Part shown: positions 12,187-25,392 of the stretch, one piece after another
How the letters are laid out: every line of letters starts with the position of its first letter
How positions within the stretch are numbered: the stretch's first letter is position 1
Assembly (NCBI GenBank): GCA_013265495.1
Contig: MU057416.1
Location: 862,545-926,544, forward strand
DNA from: Vicugna vicugna
Lineage: Eukaryota
Reading direction: 5' to 3'
Length of the DNA: 64,000 nucleotides
Notes under the pieces: generated by a model
Told to the model about the DNA's origin: nothing
Database searches by the model: none
Seen by the model: only the letters and a program-made list of their open reading frames with translations
Program-made: the position numbers and the translations under genes

Positions 12187-12208
12187 CTGAGCCCTCATAG
12201 CAGACAAT
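12187..12208 (-). other. Candidate 22-nt microexon ATTGTCTGCTATGAGGGCTCAG
   Basis: Acceptor tttttggtttgctttggtttttcttcag and consensus donor CAG|gtaagt. Confidence 0.45.
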
Positions 12209-12699
12209 CTGAAGAAAAACCAAAGCAAACCAAAAACAGTCATCTGAACTTGCCTCTGTACAAACGTCTTGACACCCAGGAGCACTGGGCACTTGACCTC
12301 GTGTAGACACGACACACGGAGACTGAAGGACCCTTCCCTGGGGGTTGGGTGAAACCTCAGTAACGAGCATTGGATTTTCTCCTTTCAACTGGATTTTCCT
12401 TCATGCTCCATAGAAAGAGATCCCTCTCTTTCATATGTTAGTTTTCTCTAAGTCCATAAGGCCCTCACGCAGCCAACACTCATGACTTACCACATCTAAA
12501 TGACACCTTCATAGACTGTAGTGCTGAGATGACGGGATATCGTTTTGACAGACTGAGCACCATCCACACTGTTTCTCTATTTGGCTTTATCCATAAAGAG
12601 TATGTCTCTTTCTGGTGACAACAGAAAGTCAGCTTTCTGGACTGAAAGCCAAAGATAATTAAATTTTGTATATATTTTTGAATTAAAGGCTAAGCAGAC

Positions 12700-12850
12700 T
12701 GAATGTGCATCACACGTAAGACATTAGACCACGCTTCTGGTCTAACACCAGTATTACCTAGCTGAACAAATGGGAAAATAACTTCTTTGCTCTTAATTGG
12801 TTTCTTCAGCTATAAAAATGAGGGTCTGGACTAGAAATAGAGGTTTTCAA
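12700..12850 (+). mobile_element. MIR fragment
   Basis: tttcttcagctataaaaatgagggtctggactag core. Confidence 0.55.
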
Positions 12851-13079
12851 AGTTTGAAAGCAGTATCTCCCCTTCTTCAAGCCAAAAAGAAAAAGAAAAG
12901 CAAGCGAGCAAGCATAAGGCATAAACCTGATCTTCACATGTCCTCTTGCTCCGCCGCCAACCCCACGCCTGGCTCTGGGACACACACAGGGAACATGCAG
13001 GGCTCCAAGGACCAGTGGACTCGCTGGTCTCTGAGGCCCTGGTCCAGCTCTGCAACTCCATTTCTCTAACATCACTCAA

Positions 13080-13290
13080 GCACAAGCATTTTGTAAAACA
13101 CTTGACAAAGTAAATCACTTACAGTTTCTGTTCCTCTCAATCCTCTGAAATAAGGAGTCTGGGTATCATTATTCCTGTTTCAGAGACAAGGAAGTTGAAC
13201 CTCAAGAGAGATGAAGGTGCTCTCTACTCCACAGTGAATAAGGGCTAAAGCTGGGTTAGAGTCAGAAATCTCCCAGTGTTCTGTTTCCCA
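13080..13290 (-). mobile_element. MIR
   Basis: attattcctgtttcagagacaaggaagttgaacctcaagagagatgaag core. Confidence 0.65.
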
Positions 13291-14059
13291 CTATGAGCTT
13301 TTTTGATACTGCGTGGTATCGTAGGTTTTCATGCTTTGTATTTTTGCAAGGTTCAAATCAGCCCCTCAAATTTTGGCCCCAAGAATGAAGACAAGACTTT
13401 ACAGAAGCTTAGAAAGAAGCACCATCAAGTTACCAAATTCAATAGGCTGGAGGAACTGGCTCCCAGTCAGTGTCACACTAGTGCCTCCCAGCACCCTCAC
13501 AGGGCTGTAACGCACAGATTTGGGCTTCAGCTACTTTTTATTGAAAGTGTGCAACACTGCACTGACCCTACTCCACTACGGTGTCCAATGGGCCAAAATT
13601 TTCTATCCCACTTTCTCAGATATTGGGGTAACATCAAAGAGAAAAATCTACAATGTAACAAAGTCTGTTCTCTCCAAATTTCTTTATAAACAGTATCATT
13701 CCAATTAAAAGTCTGACAGGATGTCTTTTAAATAATAAAAACTACTTTTAATTTTAACTGAATAAATAATGTATGAAAATACCTACAACGCTAATGATAA
13801 AGGGTAAGGAAAGCACAGTATAGAGCGTTAAACATATTGTAAACATGCACTAAATTAAAACAGCAAAGTATCGGTGCCGGGGCTGATGGATGGAGGGAAG
13901 GGAACCGAAAATCTATAAACAGACTGAAGCAGCTGTTCTTAAAATGTGGTCCTAAGGCCCCTGGCCTTCTACTACTATATATGAAATAGATAAATAGATG
14001 CCATCTACTTTATGTATAGTGGTAGAAGAGACGTAGCTCAGACGTCACATCTCTGGAAA

Positions 14060-14270
14060 TCTCTCCTTAAAATCACGTTACCTCTCCCTCCCAGCATGCT
14101 CCCAGAGCACCCTGTGCACACTCCTATGTCAGCATTTCCCTGTTACATTCATCTGCACTTAGAGGTCTCCCCTCTCATTGGTAAAATGACCTAGGACCAG
14201 ACGTGTCTTCCATTCTTTTATCTGATCATCTACTCCAGTGCCAGCAAATGGGCCACTCAGTGGAAGTGCA
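14060..14270 (+). mobile_element. L2 3' end
   Basis: gctcccagagcaccctgtgcacac..ccagtgccagca..actcagtg. Confidence 0.6.
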
Positions 14271-14390
14271 CGAGTAAAGGCTCAGGAAAGAGCTGGTCTT
14301 CCCACTCATTGCCATGTGCTCTGTCCTGACAGGTGGCTCAACAGAAGTCATGTAAAATCAAAAAAATAACAGAGGTTAAGACTATTCTTA

Positions 14391-15030
14391 ACCACAGCAA
14401 TCCCACTCCTGGGCACATATCCACAAAAGATGAAACCTGTAATTTGAAAAGATACGTGCACCTCAATGTTCACAGCAGCACTAGTTACAGTCGCCAAGAT
14501 GTGGAAGCACCTAAATGTCCCTCCACAGATAACTGGATAAAGGAGATGTGGTAAATATATTTACAATGGAATATTACTCAGCCATAAAAAAGAATGAAAT
14601 AATGCCATTTGCAGTAACAAGGATGGACCTAGACCCTACCATACTGAGTAAGTTAGAGAAAGACAAATATCATATGACATCACTCATATGTGGAATCTGA
14701 AAAATGAGACAAATGAACTTATTTACAAAACAGAAACAGACTAACAGACACAGAGAACAAATTTATGGTTACCAGGGAGAAAGGGGGCAGGGATAAACTG
14801 GGAGATTGGGATTTGCAGATACTAACCACTATATACAAAACAGATAAACAACCAAGTTCTACCGTAGAGCACAGGGCACTCTATTCAATACCTTATAATA
14901 ACCTGTAATGAAAAAGACTATGAAAAGGAATATACATATATAACTGACTCATTCTGCTCTACACCTGAAACTAACAACACTGAAAACCAACTATACTTCA
15001 TTAAAAAAGAATTTTTAATTAAAATAAAAA
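14391..15030 (+). mobile_element. 5'-truncated L1 3' end
   Basis: cagcaatcccactcctggg..gccataaaaaagaatgaaataatgccatttgcag..caactatacttca + A-tail; imperfect TSD aagacta..ttct. Confidence 0.95.
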
Positions 15031-17854
15031 GACTACATTCTGAGTTTGCTTCTTCATATTTGTTCCATTTACTGTAATACATTCAGCCTCTAATATTACT
15101 GATACTCAAATTTAGTGTCACTAAGTATTCTGTGTATTACAGTGAATTTCTATGTATGTATTTAAATATTTAACACTGAATGCAATGAACAACATACTTA
15201 GAATGTTTGTTTAATGCAAATCGATCCAAAAATATTTGTCACTAAGTATATTCTGATAATAGAATTATAATTGGTAATGTGTAAAAATCTGCATTATTAC
15301 ACAACACAGACTCACTCCTAGAACTGTGTGCACTGGACCCCTGCTCCCTGCTCCGGAAGTGACGGATGACGTGTATTTAATCCTGCTGCGCTCTTCCTCC
15401 AAGGGGTTTAGCCGTCTTCAGCTAGAAACCGTAGTCCCAGGGAACACACCTGACTCACAGTTAGGGTGCAGTGAGGGTGTGCCCCTGGTGACCACGGTTC
15501 ACATAGATTATAAATCTCTGGGGACCCAGACTGTCTCCTAACAGTTTTTCCCATTGAGCCTCAGCCACATGCTTGCCCAAGGGAAACACACATTCATGTT
15601 TTAGGGAATCAACTAAATTCACTACATTTAGTTCAGTTTAGTCCTTTGGATGAGAAGGGATTATTGACAAAATGGGCTGCCTCTTTTACGTAATGTGTTT
15701 TGCTTTCGAGAATGTTTGAATTGCCTTTTAATCTTGGTTCTGAGAGTCTGGTAGGTTTTCCTCTAAAAGCATAAAGTGTTACTTTAATCAGAAAATCCCG
15801 GAGAGATTTATCACTGCGGCTATAAACGTGAGCTTAGCCGATACCCCTCCCCTCAGCATCCTGCTGTCTGGTTCCTCCTTATAAACACTTGGTTGCATGA
15901 AAATGCGAACTGTCTGCTCCAGGACTTGCCCTTCCTAAAATCCTCTCCTTCCTCACTACTGTTTCCGTAGAATCAGCGGTGAATGGTGCAAAGAGGAATT
16001 CTTTAACAAATAGAATGTTAATTTTCTAAACACGAATTTTATCGAAGGTTCCTAGCCTTCAACATTCTACAGCTCCTGGATGATGTTAAGAATACTGAGA
16101 TGTATGATTCTCCTGCTGGCAACGCTGAGTCTCTTCTAGGGGGAGAAGCTCAGTTTCTGGACGTGGTTATGTTCAGACTGTCAGCTGTCAATCTAGCAAG
16201 TCCAGATTCCAAAGACCAACAGAAGCAGAAAACAAGGATCATCGTACGCTTTCTGGTTAATGTACTGTACACAATTTAATAGAGCAAATAAGGGTGATTC
16301 TAGGGGGGAAAATGGGTCAATTTACTGTTAAGTTTTCCATGGAAATTTGCTGCAAATAAACTTTAATTGGATTCTTACTGTATTTAGTCAGCTGTGTTTG
16401 AAATATCTTTGAACTGAAGAAGATCACTGACTCACATTTTTAGAAGAAATGATTGAAGAGTAACCTTTAAAAAAACTCATGAATACAAATGGATTTTAAT
16501 GGGGGTCTATTATCACCTCAATGCTTGTATGAACTGCATTAATATTAATGAGAGGCAGATGTACACACGTATGAGAGATGGATGGACTCTTACTGTGTTC
16601 ACTGCAGGACTGCTGGGCTCGTCCAGAAACCTGTAGTTTGGAGCTGAACTAGAGTTGCCAATAATAATGAATAGAAAGAGAAGGCGAAATTTTCTCTAAT
16701 ATTTACACTCCCCCCTTAAGGATATACCATTTCCTGGAGGAACAGGGAATTTTTAAATATGTGCTCTTATGCAATTGTAAAATTTTGCTTTAAGTGACAA
16801 GCTCACATCCTGCATAAATAATTAATAAGATAGAAGTGAACATGCAGCAGGCTGCTTCATTCCTCTAAGGGTCAATGCCATTTCTGCAAATTGGTTTGTG
16901 CCCAGTTTTAGTTCTCCTGTGTCTGCCCATCTGGGCCTTTTCCCTGGCTCCTCCTTGGTGTCCTGAGACCACACCAGAGGCTTGCTAGCAATCGACCTGT
17001 TTAGATTACACGTGAATGGCAGCTGTTAAAAGTTATTGTCCTGTAGTTCCCATGAAGTGCCGGCCACATTACTAACTTGCAGCCAAACCAGTAGCAAGAC
17101 TCTTGAGACATCCTCTTCCTTTAGACGACTTCATTTGTTCTCAGTGTCATCTCCATTAGAATTGACTGAGAACAAAGATCTGTGTCCCCTGCAGCTCACC
17201 AGCCCCAGGGACACAGCACTGAGGCGTCTGGTCCTTATGACCTCATGAGCCCTCACCTGCACCTCCCCTCCTCGGGCTCCCCACCCCAAGAATAACAGCC
17301 CCTGAAAATCAATACAGCTGTGTCCAGGAGAGAAAGGCTCAATGCGAAGTCAAAGTCTGATGAGCTGCCCTCCGCCACTCACTGAAATGATGGGGACCCC
17401 GCTACTCCCAGAGCCTCTTCCTGCTTCAGAGGACAGGGCGCCCTGCAGTTCCTTCCAAATGCCCGGATGTGCCCTGCTCAGTAGGAAGCACCTGTCAGCA
17501 ACCCCTGCTTTCCTTCTGCTGCACTAACGGAGGTCAGTTTGAGCTAAACTTGCATGCCAGAGGTTAGCAAGGGGACACAGAGGCTCTCCCGGATGGAACA
17601 GACTGGCACAACTGCTGACCGAGGCGCTCGCGAAGAGCCACGCGGCTGTGATGCTACGAGGCTGGCGATAATCCAGAGGCTAATTAACAGCACACGAAGG
17701 GGGGGGCTGTTTTAATCTGGGTGAACTGAATTCAGTCCACGTCCCTCTAGACCAATAAGCATGTTTAACAACCTGACTGAAGACTGCTCACAACAGAGAC
17801 AACTCTGTTGAAGCAAAAAGAAAAGTGATGTCATATCACTTACAGTATAATTTC

Positions 17855-17950
17855 TTTTTTTTTTAGATTAAGAAAAGTCAATTTACAACGTTTCAGGTGA
17901 ACAGCAAAGTGACTGATTCAGTTACACACACACACACACACACACACACA
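17855..17950 (-). mobile_element. Very short L1 tail fragment ending in an (AC)13 microsatellite (17924-17950)
   Basis: T-run, atttacaacgtttcaggtgaacagcaaagtga..ttcagttacacac. Confidence 0.7.
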
Positions 17951-18999
17951 GCTTTGCGGCCGGATCCCCAGAGACGGAAAATATGTCCATGTGAACAGGA
18001 GCAGCTGAAAGAACAGCCCGGCTTCCTTTCCACGTGGCCCGAGGGCTCGTACATCTCCCCGGCGTTCAAGGCGAGAGATTAAAAGTGATCAATACCCAAA
18101 TCATTTTTTTTAAACGTCGCTCTCAGTAAATCTATTTTTGTCATCTGTCTCCCCCTGCCAAGCCTGGTTTTATAAACCTTGGAAAGAGCCTTTTCTCCCA
18201 ACACAGAATTGCATGCACAGCTCTGTCCTCAGTTCATTTTGACTTAATTTAGCCTCAACTGTTCAGTACATTGATTACTTGGGCTGCACAAAATTTCTTT
18301 GGATTTAGATAGTGAGTTTCTCATTCCTTGAGTTTACCCTGAAGTTTCTATTTGCAGTAAGAAAAAACGTTATTGAAGAGGGATGAAATGTGGAAGGAAA
18401 TACTTTGGGCAAACAAAAGAGAAAGAAAGAAAGAAAAGGAGGCTCAGATAAAGTACCAAAAATAGACAAAAATCAGATTATTAAAAAAATCACTGTTTTC
18501 CAGGTTGAGTTTTTTCCCTAATTCACACGCTATATAAGAAAAAGAAAAAGTCATGGCCAGGGCATAAAATAATGCTAAATTAACTAAGTAACAGGATAAG
18601 CACTAAAGAATAAAGAAAACAATATTTTTGTGGTTTTCAATGAAAATGAAATCCTAACACTTGTCTCTTGTGGCCATCAAAAGCAGCAACACATACCTTC
18701 AGGGGAGATTCACGTGGAGAGAAAAGGAAGAAACAGGAAAGGAAACCAGCAGTTAACTAAGGAAGGAATACTCTGATGAGTTGCTGCCTGGATCGAGAGA
18801 AAAGCTGGGGTCTGAACAATAATGGCTTAAACTACATCTCACTGGGTACAGAGCTTCATCTTAAAGGACGCCATCCAACTCAGTGTTCCGGGAAACGGCC
18901 GCGTACAAGGTGCTTCTGTGTCATCTTGAAGGTATAGCATCAAAAAGTAACCTCCTAAGAATCAATTTTCTGTAACGATGGAGTTAATCAGTTCCCTGA

Positions 19000-19330
19000 C
19001 ATTCACTCAACAAACACTGAGCCATGCTCCTGACCACATGCCGCGCGGGGCGAGAAGGGGGAAACGTGGAGGGAAGGACGCCGCCTCCGCTCCTTGAGGG
19101 GCTGTAACGTAGCTGAGAAGGTCAGACAAGCACTGGAGCGAATGTCGGGCCAGGCCACCGCTGGAGCCACTAGAGCTACAAGGTGCCCTGGGTGTCAGGG
19201 TTGGGAGGATGTCACTCCCTGGCTAAGCAAAGGAAGCTTCCCGGAGGTGGCTGTATGTAAGCTGAGTCCCAACGCAACGCGCAGCTGAAACAACTGGGAA
19301 GAGCCAAGCTTTCTCAGAAACAAGGCATAT
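19000..19330 (-). mobile_element. L2 3' end, GC-shifted
   Basis: cattcactcaacaaacactgagc..ggaagcttcccggaggtgg..taagctgag. Confidence 0.65.
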
Positions 19331-19415
19331 GACAGAGATAGTGATCTCCAGAAGTGAGCTGCAACATGTGCATAACAATACTGTCTTTCTGTCACTTAAA
19401 CACGGAGCCTTAAAT

Positions 19416-19732
19416 TAAGGGCCAGGAGACTTTTCTGCAAAGAGCCAGTCGGTGACTGTCTGATGCTGGGTGGCCCACAGACGCTCTCCGCGGTGACCGC
19501 TCACTCCAGCCCGGACAGCGGGTAAGCGAAGCAACACGGCCCGGTTCTAATAAAACTTCACTCACCGGCACCGAAATCTGGATTTCATATAAATTTCACA
19601 TGAAACAAAATACTATTCTTTTTCCTTTTTTCAACTATTTAAAAGTGTAAAAGCCATTCTTAGTTCCCAGCCTACAAAAAATACAGATGGCAGACTCGGT
19701 GTGGCCCAGAGGCTGCAGGTTGGCGGCCCCTG
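19416..19732 (+). mobile_element. MER58B-like hAT-Charlie DNA element
   Basis: cttttctgcaaagagccag..taataaaactt..atttcatataaatttcacatg..ccattcttag..tggccc..cccctg follows recalled MER58B. Confidence 0.85.
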
Positions 19733-20279
19733 TTAACCTTCAAAGCCTCAGGCTCTCGCCCCAGACACACATTTCTTTGTAATTTTCTGCCTGTCACATC
19801 TTCCTCACACCTCACTTCCCCAAATCACCTTCCCAGCACACCCAAAGAAAAGGAGAAACTCCCTCCACCCCTGTGCACGTTCGTAGTTACTCTTTTCTGA
19901 AACATTCCAGCTCTTCTCTGATCTTCCTAGAACGAGTTAAGCAGCATGTCCACAGCACAGGGCATATTACAGCCCATCGGTTTTTTTAAGGGAAGCCTCC
20001 AATTTTTGTTTGGGTTTTATGCTCCAACACCCTTCCAGATGACAACCAATATTTTTCTGAATTTTTTTTAGCAACAACATATGGGTCAAAGCTGATGCAT
20101 GTTTAATATGCTGAAGAGTTGACTGGAAGCACAGAATGAGACAAAGCACAAAGGATACATATTAAAATGGAATTTGAAAGCACTTCCTAGCATGAAGGCT
20201 CATCCTACAGGCACCTGAGGCCCCACTGCTGGGACCTTTAGGGAAGAGCTTTTATGGGATGCAGGCTAAGACATGCACT

Positions 20280-20450
20280 TCAACTCTAGTTCATCTGATC
20301 CCATTCCATCCTCACTGTAATCCTGCGGAGGAGATGTTATATCATTTCCATTTTTTAAAGTCTGAAGAGATGAAGTGACTCACCTAACTTAACATAATAA
20401 ACAGTAAAAATAAAATGTAAAGCTAGAGCTCCTGCCTCCAAATTCCAGAA
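20280..20450 (-). mobile_element. MIR
   Basis: atcctcactgtaatcctg..gagatgaagtgactcacc. Confidence 0.6.
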
Positions 20451-21140
20451 CCACTGAATCTGTTGTTTCATTTCTTCGGATCTGAAGTCCAGGTTACCTC
20501 ACCCTGCATTTTGATGCAATTAAATATTAGGAAATTTACCAAGCAGATGGGCTGTGCAGATAAAAGCAAATCCTTATTTACTAGTCAATGGTCAATCACT
20601 GTTGTGCAAACATTCAGTACTTAATAAGTACATTGTATTATTTGACAGACAGAGAAGCAACAGCGTCCTCTCTTGAAGCCCAGCAGAGGGGACATCTCCC
20701 TACAGCGATTCTAATTTCCTTTACAAAGAAAGAGTTACTGGTTCTGACACTTTGTTACTAAATCAATCACCTTCTCTCTACACAGTAATTCAAAAACAAA
20801 CAAACATCATCCTCACCTGTAACAAAAACTAAGCTAAAAAAAATAAAATATTCAAGCAATACCTCAGGAGACCATTAGAAATATTAAAGAACAGAACCGT
20901 GAATCGCTACTCCTCCTTAAACAGTGCCTGAAATGGCACACAGCCCCCAAGTATCAGAAGGGAGGCAGCTCAAGGGGTTTCATTCTTGCAGAGAAGCTAC
21001 GAGCTTAAATCAGAGAATCCAGAATTATCGAAACTCAATAATAATACTGTACATGTCAATGAAACATATCTTCACTTGGGACACAGAGGTACCGAGCTCT
21101 CCTGGAGGCCATACATCAAGCCACCAAGAGCCATCTCTTA

Positions 21141-21296
21141 GGGGGAGGATAGAGTTCAGTGGTAGAGTGTGTGCTTAGCACGCACAAGGTCCTGGGTTCA
21201 ATACCCAGTACCTCCATTTTAAAAAAGTTTTTTAATATATAAATCAATAAAAATAAATAAACCTGATTACCTATCCCCAAAAATAAAATTATAAAA
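21141..21296 (+). mobile_element. Camelid tRNA-Ala-derived SINE (Vic-1-like), full length
   Basis: A box agttcagtggtag, B box ggttcaatacc, tail with aaacctgattacct; TSD aagagccatctctt 21126-21139 / aagagccatttctt 21297-21310. Confidence 0.92.
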
Positions 21297-22194
21297 AAGA
21301 GCCATTTCTTGAGATTATAGGACCTTGAGTGTTTTGTTCCTTTTGATTTTCAGCATACTTCAATAAAAACAAATTTTTAAGGGAAAAATGGATTCTCTTC
21401 AAATTTCTTATTGATAACACTGTGATACATGATGACATCAAAGGTCAAAATAATGAGAAAACTTTAGCTCAAGAATAAAGGAGTTTCTGGATGTCCCACT
21501 GCTCCCCTCATTGACCCCACTGCATTCCTCCAGAAAGGCTGCAGTATTCATTTATAATTTGTGGGGACTTATGCCTTCCTATTGACCAGATAAAACTACT
21601 TACTTTGGTTTAATTCCACTACATGTAGGGTGGCAATTCGCTTATCTTACCGTCACTTCCTCTATAGGGTCCAGTGGTATCCGGACAGAGTGTTCCCATG
21701 ACAATATTTTGCTCCCCAGTGATGTGATTCACAAAACAGAGTCATTTTCTTCTAAATGTCCAGACTTCTGTGAATCAATTGCTTTTACGTAACTTGTCAT
21801 ACACCTGCCTAAAAATCAGGGATCAAGCAATTGGTTAAATTTTTTTCAGATAACCTGGTAGCAACCGACTAGCCGCACGTTTGATAGAGTCCCACACTGT
21901 TTACCCAGACAGTCAGCATGATATTGATATAGCTGCTTTCAACTTCTGATTCATCTTTCTACCTGGACATGAGCCTTTTTATACTATGTCTCATTTCTAC
22001 ATTTTTATCCCAGGACCTCATGGTGAGGTCTCTGGAGGCGGGCAGGTGTAGAGAAGGCTGGGAAGACATGGGGAGGCACTCATGGTGGCCAAGCTTGGAT
22101 GTATATTTGGGGGTTCTGAATTTATTTTGCTCCTTAACTTATATTAGTGGAATTCTTTAACAAACCTGGATGTCAAACATGTAATTTTTGTAAA

Positions 22195-22600
22195 TTTTGA
22201 ATTGAAATATAACCTACATCCAGAAAAGATACTCATCTTAAAATATATTTATATATCAATTATATTGTATTAATATCAAATATATTAAAATATAAATATT
22301 GATTATATAAAATATATTAAAATATTAAATACAATATTAATATGTAAAATTAAAGATATAATCAACATTGATAAATATATTTATAAAATTAATATATAAG
22401 ATTTATTAATATAATTTAATAAAATGTATTAATATTAAAGTGTACAGCTTAGTGAATAACAGTGAACACACCTATGAACATCCCCTAATCAAGACACACA
22501 GCATCACCAGCGTTCCAAAACACGCCCTCTGGTCCCTCTCCATCACTACCACCTCCCTCCTCTCCACCGAGCAAGCACCATTTCTGTCAGGTTTTGTTTC
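22195..22600 (-). mobile_element. Old L1ME-like 3' end split by an AT-rich tract
   Basis: ttgaaatataacctacatccagaaaag..[AT tract]..aagtgtacagcttagtgaat..atcaagacacacagcatcaccagc. Confidence 0.65.
22241..22438. repeat. AT-rich low-complexity tract
   Basis: ~200 bp almost entirely A/T. Confidence 0.95.
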
Positions 22601-24339
22601 CTTTGGACGTCATTTAAACCCACCCATCACCACCGTGTCCTTCTGCTCAGCGCTGCCATCCCTGCTGACCTGCGCAGGTGTCTGTGTCGGGGGAGGGACC
22701 CGGTCTTCCTCGTCTGCCTTTAGCCCCAGCTCACCTGTCCCCTCCCCGGGCGAGCCTGGTGTGCCAGTGAGCCGGGCTTGTGCACACGGCTGTGGCAGGC
22801 ACACAGAGCAGGCACCCTGGACTCCTGGTGACCTGGCAGCAGGTATATGCAAAAAGCACTTACACATTTGTTTGGTTTTTAAAAGACTTGAGCAAATAAG
22901 TCTCCATTTAAAAAATCTAAGACATTTAGATCACAGTGAGAATAATCTGCTTCCATATTCAGTATTTAATGATGACAATTTTCTAGATCTGTAGCCTTTT
23001 CAATTACCAGGTATCTCCTCTGTACGTCAGCTTTTTTATTATCATCATCAACACGTTTGTGAAACGCTTTGTACTCTCCAAACTACCAGAGACACAGAAA
23101 TAAGGTATTATTGCAATTGGTTAGCATCTAGTTTTCTCTTTTAAAAATTAACGCGTTTGCCTTGATTCTTTAACTGGTCAATTACAGTCACTTCTACAAT
23201 GTGTTTTATACTTTTCGGAAAGGAGCCCATATGTTGTAATGGTTCATGCAGGTGCTGTATTATTTTAGATACCTGGGAGGAATATTTTTAAATTGCTATT
23301 TCTACTTGCCTCTCTCTTCTTACTGACGTGCACACCTGCTCTTTGTAACAGCACATTTGTTCTAATCCGTGGGCCACAACGGGTGACCTCTCGGGCCACT
23401 GTTCTTGTACCTGGAAACACAGGCGCGTGTCACTGGCCTCCTGTCCCCAAAAGGCCAAAGCTGAGCACTACATTATCCGGGCAGGGGACACCTGATTCTT
23501 ATTCCGCAACAGTTCTAACAGCTCACAGCCCCCTTGGTCCCTTTATGAACACAGATGTCTTTTTAATGGGTGGAGAGCTGAAGTGACAAGGTGACCTGTG
23601 GGTGAACCCAGGAGCAGGTGAGGCCTGTCAGTTTTTAATTTGAAACTGGTGTCAGGTCTGAGGAATGGCCGGTATAATCACATTTGTAACTGATCCCCTA
23701 TAAACTCCGCAAAGCTTGGCGGGACCGTGCTGGGCAGTGCGGAATTAATGATTCACGCAGGTCTCTGTGTGCCTAACTGAATCAGACGGAGCTTTGAAAA
23801 CTGTATAAACATCACATGTTTTCTAGATGACAAGACTGGCAAAGCAAAAAAGTACTGATTGTGTTCTTAATGAAAGTTTTTTGGGGGGCATCAATTTATA
23901 AAGATGGCATTTTTTAAGACGACAATTACTGTTTCAAGGCATATATTTAACTTGCACATAGTCCAACAGAAAAGTGTGTAAGATTAAACCCATTTCTATC
24001 ACCACATAATATTCATCTCTAAAAATTACACCCTAATGTATATCTTTACATGCTGTTCCCGTGCAGGGTATGGACCAGTCCCTTGCCAACAGCGAAATAC
24101 AAGACGCAGCCCCAGACAAGAAGGCGGCTTGGGCTGGCGGCGTCACCTGGAGATCAGATCGAGAAATGGCGTGACCCCAGGCTTCTTCTCTGCCACTTCG
24201 TCTCTTCCCGGGGAGGCATTTTCTGTAACAAGGCAAGCTGGCTGAATGCTAGTGGTACCCGTTCCTGAAGGCGTCAAGGCTGCACGGGATGAAAGCACTC
24301 AAGGGCTAAGGCTGCCCAGCAGCTGCAGGCTCTGAGCTC

Positions 24340-24640
24340 CAGCATTCCCCTCCTTGGTTCACCCTCACCCGCCCTCTCTGCCTGCGTAAATTCCCACATG
24401 ACCCTTTCTCTATGAAGGCTCCTCCGAGCCCCCAGGCGGATCTGAGTTCTCATCCCTAGTTCCCACTGGCATCTGCTCCCTGCCTCTGTTACACTCGCAC
24501 ATTACACCTTACCTAGTCACCCACCTCGCTCCCCAGTCTAAGTGCAAGACCCTGGCAAACAGAGAATCTTGCTGGACGTCTCTGTGAACCCCTAACACAG
24601 CGCCTGGCACAGGCCAGAGGCTCCACACGTGTCTGCTGAG
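24340..24640 (+). mobile_element. L2 3' end
   Basis: ctccccagtctaagtgcaagaccc..cctaacacagcgcctggcacag. Confidence 0.65.
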
Positions 24641-25392
24641 CATGGACTGGGATCACGGTTTATAGCCACGCAGACATGAGAAACCAACTTTGACTGGAAG
24701 ACAACGAATTCCACAAATGAAATGCAACTCCGGCGGGGAGATGCATTAAACCACACAGACGTAAAATGAGCCACACAGACGCAATCTGCAGGAAATTACC
24801 CAGCATCAGTGGGCCAAGTGGAAGACAAGACGTATTTTAAAGAACATAGAGAGTAAAGTCTTTTGAAAACCAATTCCGATCACTCAGACTTAATACAGCG
24901 GCTTATCACTCACTAAGTACTCAGTGTGATCATTCATTCAACAAGCACTTTTGAGTCCCTCCTATTTGTCATTTGGTAAGTCAAAAACTGAACAGGACGT
25001 GCTTCTTCCTTGAATAGCACATGGCACTGTAACTTCATATGAAGCACTCGTAGGCAACACCACAGCACGAATCTGGAAGAGAAGTCTGGTGGCGAAATGC
25101 TTATAAACCACTGGGCCGGGTGTGTGTCTGGACAGCACGGAAATCCGTGTGGCACCTGCGGCCACCTCCCGCTTCCGCAGTGCTCATCAGGCCAAGGTCT
25201 CAGCCACTGGCTCTCAGTTAAACCATCTCAGCACCGAGGACCTTCCCAGGAGAGCGGTCCACACAGCAAGGCAGCGCTGGTACCAGCGACCTTCGTTTTC
25301 ACAAGGTGCTTCACAAAGAATTCTTTTTCTTTCCTTCCTCCTTTTCTTCTTTTCTCCCTTCCTTTCCCATCCCTAAACCCCTTTGACCCCTG

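Noticed and set aside
13122..13143. 22-nt exon-like segment with good splice sites (minus)
   Set aside because: Lies within a MIR; probably a cryptic site
21141..21215. tRNA-Ala gene (also 46913 and 52033)
   Set aside because: A-rich tails, a TSD and diverged stems indicate SINEs
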